Shown: positions 53,001 to 64,000 of the stretch, piece by piece | Layout: every line of letters starts with the position of its first letter | Position numbering within the stretch: position 1 is the stretch's first letter | Assembly: GCA_964016885.1 (NCBI GenBank) | Contig: OZ024742.1 | Coordinates: 239,382,001-239,446,000, forward strand | DNA: 64,000 nucleotides | Direction: 5' to 3' | From: Eledone cirrhosa | Lineage: Eukaryota | Position numbers and translations under genes: made by a program | The notes under the pieces: model-generated | Database searches by the model: none | What the model saw: the letters and a program-made list of their open reading frames with translations, nothing else | What the model was told of the DNA's origin: nothing

Positions 53001-56000
53001 CACCCAAATAAAAAACGGACCCCCCCCAAATAAAAAACGGGCCACCCGAATAAAAAATGGGCCCCCCATAAAAAAACGTGGCACCCAAATAAAAAAACGG
53101 ACGTCCCCCATAAATAAACGCGGCACCCAAATAAAAAACGGGGCACCCAAATGAAAAAAAGGACCACCTCATAAAAAAACAGGGCACCCCCCAAAAAACG
53201 GTCTCAGCCCCATAAAAAAACCGGGCACCCAAATAAAAAACGAATTCCCGCATAAAAAAACGGGGCACACAAATAAAAAACGGGGCACCCAAATGAAAAA
53301 CGGGGCACCCAAATAAATAGAAGGGGAACCCAAATAAAAAATGGACCCCCCCCCATTAAAAAACGGCGCACCCAAATCAAAAAACGGGGCACCCAAATAA
53401 AAAAGGGGCACCCAAATAAAAAACGGCACCCCCGCTAAAAAAACGGTGCACCCAAATAAAAGAACGGGGCACCCAAATAAAAAACGGACCCCTCCATAAA
53501 AAACGGCCCCCCGTTAAAAAAACTGGGTACCCAAATAAAAAACGAACCCCCCCATACAAAAAGGGGTACCCAAATAAAAAATGGACCCCCTTATAAAAAA
53601 ACGGGGCCCCCAAATAAAAAAACCGGGGCCCCCAAATAAAAAACGGGGCACCCAAATAAAAAACGGACCCCCATAAAAAACGGGGCACCCAAATATAAGA
53701 CGTTCCCCCATAAAAAAACGGGGCACCCAAATAAAAAACGGATTCCCCCCATAAAAAACGGATCCCCCCCATAAAAAAACGGGGCACTCAAATAAAAAAC
53801 GGGGCACCCAAATAAAAAACAGGGCACCCAATAAAAAACGGATCCCCCTCCAATAAAAAACGGGCACTCAAATAAAATCTGAGTTCAAATCCGCCGGGGT
53901 TAACCTTTCATCATTACTGTGTCGATAAAATAAAGTACCAGTAATGCACTGGATAATTGCTGGCCTTTTGCTTAAAGTACAAACAATTATATTATATTAT
54001 AATATAATATAATTGTTTCTACGTTAGGCACAAGGCCAGCAATTACGCAGTGCATTACTGGTACTTGATTTTACCGACCCCGTAAGGATGAAAGGCAAAG
54101 TTAACCTCGGCGGGATTTGAACTCAGAATGGAAAGGGCCGTAACTCTATACGTCAAAGCCTGGCGTCCGACCCTCTCCCAATACTGCCAATCCACCGCCC
54201 TGTATTATATTATATTATATTATATTATATTATATAATATTATATTATATTATATAATATAATATAATATAATATTATATATTATATTATATTATATTAT
54301 ATTATATATTATATCATACTATATTATATTATATTATATTATAATATATTATAATATAATAAATTATAATATAATATATTATATTATAGATATTATATTA
54401 TATTATAATATAATATAATATAATATTATATAAAACTCAAATAAAAACGGACCCCCCATAAAAAACGGGGCACACAATTAAAAAACGGACTCCCCCATAA
54501 AAAAGGGCACCCAAATAAAAAATGGAGCCCGCCATAAAAAACGGGGCACCCAAATAAAAAAACGGGGCACCCAAATAAAAAACGGACCCGCCCCATATAA
54601 AAACGGGACACTCAAATAGAGAACGGACCCCCCATAAGAAAACCGGGCACCCAATTAAAAACCGGGGCACCCAAATAAAAAACGGACCCCTCATAAATAA
54701 ACGGAGCACTCAAATAAAAAACGGAACCCCCATAAAAAAAAGATGCACCCAAATAAAAAACGGACCCCCCCCCCATAAAAAACGGGCCTCCCAAATAAAA
54801 AACGGGCACTCCCATTAAAAAACGGACCCCCCCATAAAATAACGAGGCACCCAAATAAAAAAACGGGGAACCCAATAAAAAACGGACCTCCCCCCATAAA
54901 AAAACGGCACACCCAAATAAAAAACGGACCCCCCATAAAAAACGGGCCACCCAAATAAAAAACGAACTCCCCCCTCATAAAAAAACGGGGCCTCCAAATA
55001 AAAAACGGACCCCCACATAAAAAACGGACGTTCCCCCCATAAAAAAGAACCCCCATAAAAAAATGGGGCATCCAAATAAAAAACTTCCCCCTCATAAAAA
55101 AACGGAGCACCCAAATAAAAAAAGGACCCCAACATAAAAAACGGGGCACACAAATAAAAAACGGACCCCCATAAAAAGACGGGACACACAAATAAAAAAC
55201 GAACCACCCAAATAAAAAATGGGGCCCCCAAATGAAAACGGACCGCCCCCATCAAAAAACGGGGCACCCAAATAAAAAACGGTTCCCCCATAAAAAAACG
55301 GGGCACCCAAACAAAGAACGGGGCACCCAAATAAAAAACGGGGCACCCAAATAAAAAATGGCCCCCCCCATAAAAAAACGGGGCACCCAAATAAAAACAG
55401 GGCACCCAAATAAAAAACGGAGCAACCCTAATAAAAAAACGGGGCACCCAAATAAAAAACGGACCACCCCAAATAAGAAACGGGGCACCCAAATAAAAAA
55501 CGGTGCACCCAAATAGAAAACGTGGCACCCAAATAAAAAACGTGGCACCCAAATAAAAAACGGTGCATCCAAATAAAAAAACGGACAGCCCCCATAAAAA
55601 AGGGGGACCCCAAAAAAATTGGAGACCCCCATAAAAAAACGGGGCACCCAAATAAAAAAACGGACCCCCCCATAAAAAAACGGGGCACCCAAATAAAAAA
55701 CGGACCTCCCCCCAAATAAAAAACGGGCCACCCGAATAATAAATGGGCCCCCCATAAAAAAACGTGGCACCCAAATAAAAAACGGACGTCCCCCTTAAAA
55801 AAACGCGGCACCCAAATAAAAAACGGGGCACCCAAATGAAAAAAAGGACCACCTCATAAAAAAACGGGGCACCCCCCCAAAAAACGGTCTCCGCCCCATA
55901 AAAAAACAGGGCACCCAAATAAAAAACGGATTCCCGCATAAAAAAACGGGGCACCCAAATAAAAAACGGGGCACCCAAATGAAAAACGGGGCACCCAAAT

Positions 56001-59000
56001 AAAAAAACGGGGCACCCAAATAAATAGAAGGGGAACCCAAATAAAAAATGTATCCCCCCATAAAAAAACGGGGCACCCAAATTGAAAAACGGGGCACCCA
56101 AATAAAAAACTGCACCCCCGCTAAAAAAACGGTGCACCCAAATAAAAATACGGGGCACCCAAATAAAAAACGGACCCCTCCATAAAAAACGGACCCCCCC
56201 GTTAAAAAAACTGGGTACCCAAATAAAAAACGAACCCCCCCCCCATACAAGAAGGGGTACCCAAATAAAAAATGGACCCCCTTATAAAAAAACGGGGCCC
56301 CCAAATAAAAAAAACGGGGCCTCCAAATAAAAAACGGGGCAACCAAATAAAAAACGGATTCCCGCATAAAAAAACGGGGCACCCAAATAAAAAACGGGGC
56401 ACCCAAATCAAAAACGGGGCACCCAAATAAAAAAACGGGGCACCCAAATAAATAGAAGGGGAACCCAAATAAAAAATGGACCCCCCCCCATTAAAAAACG
56501 GCGCACCCAAATAAAAAAACGGGGCACCCAAATAAAAAAAGGGGCACCCAAATAAAAAACGGCACCCCCGCTAAAAAAACGGTGCACCCAAATAAAAGAA
56601 CGGGGCACCCAAATAAAAAACGGACCCCTCCATAAAAAACGGCCCCCCGTTAAAAAAACTGGGTACCCAAATAAAAAACGACCCCCCCCATACAAAAAGG
56701 GGTACCCAAATAAAAAATGGACCCCCTTATAAAAAAACGGGGCCCCCAAATAAAAAACGGACCCCCATAAAAAACGGGGCACCCAAATATAAGACGACCC
56801 CCCATAAAAAACGGGGCACCCAAATAAATAACGGATTCCCCCCATAAAAAACGGATCCCCCCATAAAAAAACGGGGCACTCAAATAAAAAACGGGGCACC
56901 CAAATAAAAAACAGGGCACCCAATAAAAAACGGATCCCCCTCCAATAAAAAACGGGCACTCAAATAAAATCTGAGTTCAAATCCGCCGGGGTTAACCTTT
57001 CATCATTACTGTGTCGATAAAATAAAGTACCAGTAATGCACTGGATAATTGCTGGCCTTTTGCTTAAAGTACAAACAATTATATTATATTATAATATAAT
57101 ATAATTGTTTCTACGTTAGGCACAAGGCCAGCAATTACGCAGTGCATTACTGGTACTTGATTTTACCGACCCCGTAAGGATGAAAGGCAAAGTTAACCTC
57201 GGCGGGATTTGAACTCAGAATGGAAAGGGCCGTAACTCTATACGTCAAAGCCTGGCGTCCGACCCTCTCCCAATACTGCCAATCCACCGCCCTGTATTAT
57301 ATTATATTATATTATATTATATTATATAATATTATATTATATAATATTATATTATATAATATAATATAATATAATATAATATAATATAATATAATATAAT
57401 ATAATATAATATAATATAATATAATATTATATATTATATTATATTATATTATATTATATATTATATCATACTATATTATATTATATTATATTATAATATA
57501 TTATAATATAATAAATTATAATATAATATATTATATTATAGATATTATATTATATTATAATATAATATAATATAATATTATATAAAACTCAAATAAAAAC
57601 GGACCCCCCATAAAAAACGGGGCACACAATTAAAAAACGGACTCCCCCATAAAAAAGGGCACCCAAATAAAAAATGGAGCCCGCCATAAAAAACGGGGCA
57701 CCCAAATAAAAAAACGGGGCACCCAAATAAAAAACGGACCCGCCCCATATAAAAACGGGACACTCAAATAGAGAACGGACCCCCCCATAAAAAAACAGGG
57801 CACCCAATTAAAAACCGGGGCACCCAAATAAAAAACGGACCCCTCATAAATAAACGGAGCACTCAAATAAAAAACGGAACCCCCATAAAAAAAAGATGCA
57901 CCCAAATAAAAAACGGACCCCCCCATAAAAAACGGGGCTCCCAAATAAAAAACGGGCACTCCCATTAAAAAACGGACCCCCCCATAAAATAACGAGGCAC
58001 ACAAATAAAAAACCGGGCACCCAAATAAAAAAACGGGGAACCCAATAAAAAACGGACCTCCCCCCATAAAAAAACGGCACACCCAAATAAAAAACGGACC
58101 CCCCATAAAAAACGGCCACCCAAATAAAAAACGAACCCCCCCTCATAAAAAAACGGGGCACCCAAATAAAAAACGGACCCCCACATAAAAAACGGACGTT
58201 CCCCCCATAAAAAAGAACCCCCATAAAAAAACGAGGCATCCAAATAAAAAACTTCCACCTCATAAAAAAACGGAGCACCCAAATAAAAAACGGACCCCCA
58301 ACATAAAAAACGGGGCACACAAATAAAAAACGGACCCCCATAAAAAGACGGGGCACACAAATAAAAAACGAACCACCCAAATAAAAAATGGGGCCCTCAA
58401 ATGAAAACGGACCGCCCCCATCAAAAAACGGGGCACCCAAATAAAAAACGGCTCCCCCATAAAAAAACGGGGCACCCAAACAAAGAACGGGGCACCCAAA
58501 TAAAAAACGGGGCACCCAAATAAAAAATGGCCCCCCCATAAAAAAACGGGGCACCCAAATAAAAACAGGGCACCCAAATAAAAAACGGAGCACCCCTAAT
58601 AAAAAAACGGGGCACCCAAATAAAAAACGGACCACCCCAAATAAGAAACGGGGCACCCAAATAAAAACGGTGCACCCAAATAAAAAACGTGGCACCCAAA
58701 TAAAAAACGTGGCACCCAAATAAAAAACGGTGCATCCAAATAAAAAAACGGACAGCCCCCATAAAAAAGGGGGACCCCCCAAAAAATTGGAGACCCCCAT
58801 AAAAAAACGGGGCACCCAAATAAAAAAACGGACCCCCCCCATAAAAAAACGGGGCACCCAAATAAAAAACGGACCTCCCCCCAAATAAAAAACGGGCCAC
58901 CCGAATAATAAATGGGCCCCCCTTAAAAAAACGCGGCACCCAAATAAAAAACGGGGCACCCAAATGAAAAAAAGGACCACCTCATAAAAAAACGGGGCAC

Positions 59001-62000
59001 CCCCCCAAAAAAAGGTCTCCGCCCCATAAAAAAACAGGGCACCCAAATAAAAAACGGATTCCCGCATAAAAAAACGGGGCACCCAAATAAAAAACGGGGC
59101 ACCCAAATGAAAAACGGGGCACCCAAATAAAAAAACGGGGCACCCAAATAAATAGAAGGGGAACCCAAATAAAAAATGTATCCCCCCATAAAAAAACGGG
59201 GCACCCAAATTGAAAAACGGGGCACCCAAATAAAAAACTGCACCCCCGCTAAAAAAACGGTGCACCCAAATAAAAAAACGGGGCACCCAAATAAAAAACG
59301 GACCCCTCCATAAAAAACGGACCCCCCCGTTAAAAAAACTGGGTACCCAAATAAAAAACGAACCCCCCCCCCCATACAAGAAGGGGTACCCAAATAAAAA
59401 ATGGACCCCCTTATAAAAAAACGGGGTCCCCAAATAAAAAAAACGGGGCCTCCAAATAAAAAACGGGGCAACCAAATAAAAAACGGACCCCATAAAAAAA
59501 CGGGGCACCCAAATATAAGACGACCCCCCATAAAAAGACGGGGCACCCAAATAAAAAACGGACTCCCCCCATAAAAAACGGATCCTCCCCATAAAAAAAC
59601 GGGGCACTCAAATAAAAAACGGGGCACCCAAATAAAAAACGGATTCCCGCATAAAAAAACGGGGCACCCAAATAAAAAACGGGGCACCCAAATCAAAAAC
59701 GGGGCACCCAAATAAAAAAACGGGGCACCCAAATAAATAGAAGGGGAACCCAAATAAAAAATGGACCCCCCCATTAAAAAACGGCGCACCCAAATCAAAA
59801 AACGGGGCACCCAAATAAAAAAGGGGCACCCAAATAAAAAACGGCACCCCCGCTAAAAAAACGGTGCACCCAAATAAAAGAACGGGGCACCCAAATAAAA
59901 AACGGACCCCTCCATAAAAAACGGCCCCCCGTTAAAAAAACTGGGTACCCAAATAAAAAACGAATCCCCCCATACAAAAAGGGGTACCCAAATAAAAAAT
60001 GGACCCCCTTATAAAAAAACGGGGCCCCCAAATAAAAAAACCGGGGCCCCCAAATAAAAAACGGGGCACCCAAATAAAAAACGGACCCCATAAAAAACGG
60101 GGCACCCAAATATAAGACGACCCCCCATAAAAAAACGGGGCACCCAAATAAATAACGGATTCCCCCCATAAAAAACGGATCCCCCCATAAAAAAAAGGGG
60201 CACTCAAATAAAAAACGGGGCACCCAAATAAAAAACAGGGCACCCAATAAAAAACGGATCCCCCTCCAATAAAAAACGGGCACTCAAATAAAATCTGAGT
60301 TCAAATCCGACGGGGTTAACCTTTCATCATTACTGTGTCGATAAAATAAAGTACCAGTAATGCACTGGATAATTGCTGGCCTTTTGCTTAAAGTACAAAC
60401 AATTATATTATATTATAATATAATATAATTGTTTCTACGTTAGGCACAAGGCCAGCAATTACGCAGTGCATTACTGGTACTTGATTTTATCGACCCCGTA
60501 AGGATGAAAGGCAAAGTTAACCTCGGCGGGATTTGAACTCAGAATGGAAAGGGCCGTAACTCTATACGTCAAAGCCTGGCGTCCGACCCTCTCCCAATAC
60601 TGCCAATCCACCGCCCTGTATCATATTATATTATATTATATATAATATAATATAATATAATATATTATATTATATTATATTATATTATATTATATTATAT
60701 TATATTATATTATATTATATTATATATTATATCATACTATATTATATTATATTATATTATAATATATTATAATATAATAAATTATAATATAATATATTAT
60801 ATTATAGATATTATATTATATTATAATATAATATAATATTTTATTATAATGTATTATATTATATAAAACTCAAATATAAACGGACCCCCCCATAAAAAAA
60901 CGGGGCACCCAAATGAAAAAACGGACCCCCCATAAAAAACGGCCCCACCCTTAAAAAAACGGGGCACCCAAATAAAAAAACGGCACACAAATAAAAAAAG
61001 GGACCCACCCATAAAAAAACGGGGCACCCAAATAAAAAAACGGACCACTCAATTAAAAAAAGGAGCAACCAAATAAAAAACGGACCCCCCCATAAAAAAC
61101 GGGGCACACAATTAAAAAACGGGGCACCCAAATAAAAAACGGACCCGCCCTATATAAAAACGGGGCACCCAAATAGAGAACGGACCCCCCATAAAAAACC
61201 GGGCACCCAATTAAAAAACGGGGCACCCAAATAAAAAACGGACCCCTCATAAAAAAACGGGGCACCCAAATAAAAAACGGAACCCCCCCCAAAAAGATGC
61301 ACCCAAATATAAAACGGACCCCCCCCCATAAAAACGGGGCTCCCAAATAAAAAACGGGCACTCCCATTAAAAAACGCACCCCCCCAAAAAAAACGAGGCA
61401 CACAAATAAAAAATGGGGCACCCAAATAAAAAAACGGGGAACCCAATAAAAAACGGACCTCCTCCCATAAAAAACGGCACACCCAAATAAAAAACGGACC
61501 CCCATAAAAAACGGGCCACCCAAATAAAAAACGGACCCCCACATAAAAAACGGACGTTCCCCCCATAAAAAAGAACCCCCATAAAAATCGAGGCACACAA
61601 ATAAAAAACGGATCCCCCATAAAAAGACGGGGCACACAAATAAAAAACGGACCACCCAAATAAAAAACGGGGCCCCCAAATGAAAACGGACCGCCCCCAT
61701 CAAAAAACGGGACACCCAAATAAAAAACGGCTCCCCCATAATAATAAACGGGGCACCCAAACAAAGAACGGGGCACCCAAATAAAAAATGGGGCACCCAA
61801 ATAAAAAATGGCCCCCCATAAAAAAACGGGGCACCCAAATAAAAAACAGGGCACCCAAATAAAAAAACGGGGCACCCAAATAAAAAACGGGGCACCCAAA
61901 TGAAAAACGGGGCACCCAAATAAAAAAGCGGGGTACCCAAATAAAATGAAGGAGCACCCAAATAAAAAATGGACCCCTCCATAAAAAAACGGGGCACCCA

Positions 62001-64000
62001 AATATAAAACGGGACACCCAAATAAAAAGCGGGGCACCCAAATAAAAATCGGGGCACCCAAATAAAAAAACGGGGCATCCAAATAAAAATCGGGGCACCC
62101 AAATAAAAAAACGGGGCATCCATATAAAAAAACTGATCCCCTCCCATACCAGTAATGTACAGGCCTTGTGCCTAAAATAGAAACAATTATATTATATATT
62201 ATATTATAATATAATATAATATAATATAATTGTTTCTACTTTAGGCACAAGGCCAGCAATTACCCAGTGCATTACTATATAAAAAACGGACCCGCCCATA
62301 AAAAAACGGGGCAGCCAAACAAAAATCGGGGCACCCAAATAAAAAACGGACCCACTATAAAAAAACGGGACACCCAAATAAAAAAACGGGGCACCCAAAT
62401 AAAAAACGGGGTACCCAAATAAAAAATGGCTCGCCCCAATAAAAAACGGGCACCCAAATAAAAAAACGGGGCACTCAAATAAAACACGCACCCCCCCCAA
62501 TAAAAAAACGGGCACCCAAATAAAAAAACCGGAGCACTTAAATAAAAAACGGGGCACCCAAATTAAAAAAAGTGGCACTCTAATAAAAAACGGGGCACCC
62601 AAATAAAAAACGCACCCCCGCAAAAAAACGCACACGAAAATAAAAAAAACGGAGTAGCTAAATAAAAAACGGGGTACCCAAATAAAAAACGGGCCCCCAC
62701 ATAAAAAACGGACGTTTCCCCCATAAAAAAGAACCCTCATAAAAAAACGGGGCATCCAAATAAAAAACTGCCCCCCCCCATAAAAAACGGGGCACCCAAA
62801 TAAAAAACGGACCCCACCCATAAAAAAAGGACCCCCCGTAAAAAAACTGGGCACCCAAATAAAAAACGGGACAGCCAAATAAAAAACGAGGCACCCAATA
62901 AAAAACGGGGCACCCAAATAAAAAACGGACCCCACCCATAAAAAACGGACCCCCCGTAAAAAAACGGGACAGCCAAATGAAAAACGAGGCACCCAATAAA
63001 AAACGGACCCTCCCCATAAAAAACAGACCCGCCCCATAAAAAAACGAGGCACCCAAATAAAAAACAGGGCACCCAAATAAAAAACGGGCACACAAATAAA
63101 AAGACGGGGCACCCAAATAAAAAACGGATCCCCTCCAATAAAAAACGGGCACCCAAATAAAATCTGAGTTCAAATCCCGCCGGGGTTAACTTTACCTTTC
63201 ATCATTACGGTGTCGATAAAATAAAGTACCAGTAATGCACTGGGTATTTGCTGGCCTTGTGCCTAAAGTAGAAACAATTATATTATATTATAATATAATA
63301 TAATTGATTCTACGTTAGGCACAAGGCCAGCAATTACCCAGAGCATTACTGGTACTTTATTTTATCGACCCCGTAAGGATGAAAGGAAAAGTTAACCTCG
63401 GCGGGATTTGAACCCAGAATGGCAAGGGCCTTAACTCTATAAGTAAAAGCATGGCGTTCGACCCTCTCCCAATACTGCCAATCCACCGCCCTGGATTGTA
63501 TTGTATTGTATTATATTATATTATATTATATTATATTATATTATATTATATTATATTATATTATATTATATTATATTATATTATATTATATTATATTATA
63601 TTATATTATATTATATTATATTATATTATATTATATTATAATATAATATAATATAATATATTATAATATATTATATTATATTATAGATATTATATTATAT
63701 AATAATATAATATAATATTTTATTATAATGTATTATATTATATAAAACTCAAATAAAAACGGACCTCTCATAAAAAGCATGGCGTCCGACCCAAATAAAA
63801 CACGGACCCCCATAAAAAAACGGGGCACCCAAATGAAAAAACGGACTCCCCATAAAAAACGGCCCCCACCCTTAAAAAATCGGGGCACCCAAATAAAAAA
63901 ACAGGGCACCCAAATAAAAAACGAACCCACCCATAAAAAAACGGGGCACACAAATAAAAAAACGGGGCACTCAATTAAAAAAAGGAGCAACCAAATAAAA
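44010..64000. repeat. Compound satellite: ~20-bp monomer (aaataaaaaacggggcaccc) in 3-4 kb higher-order repeats with SINE and (TATAA)n cassettes
   Basis: Identical ORF-track entries at 44969, 48050 and 52161 (periods 3081 and 4111). The SINE cassette recurs at about 46687, 49768, 53879, 56970, 60295 and 63163. Confidence 0.95.
46820..47010 (-). mobile_element. Full-length SINE inside the satellite, repeated in each higher-order unit
   Basis: Reverse complement of the 7670 SINE, ending in ...tactgccaatccaccgccc. Confidence 0.88.

Noticed and set aside
43975-63990. Many long minus-strand ORFs rich in F/G/W/P (up to 587 aa)
   Set aside because: They are translations of the satellite, open in several frames because that strand rarely forms stop codons.

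Overview
AT-rich, repeat-dense animal genomic DNA. The SINE, microsatellite and LINE repertoire looks like a coleoid cephalopod, probably octopus (inference). 1-18 kb: five in-frame spliced exons of a TTC17-like TPR gene on the + strand, plus a possible short terminal exon; the introns hold mariner, LINE, SINE and minisatellite debris. 18-31 kb: decayed RTE-like and CRE-like LINEs and a 698-bp local templated duplication. 31.6-42.6 kb: a nest of insertions in (TA)n containing a near-intact Penelope-like element (RT + GIY-YIG, one frameshift), an internally deleted Helitron and a solo LTR. By eye I find six intact-looking type I hammerhead ribozyme motifs from five sequence families there, plus one decayed and one doubtful copy. 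One sits in a 424-bp tandem retrozyme-like unit, and several carriers have inverted partial end copies. 44-64 kb: a strand-asymmetric ~20-bp satellite built into 3-4 kb higher-order repeats, punctuated by inverted SINE pairs. All calls are by visual inspection; no searches or folding programs were run.
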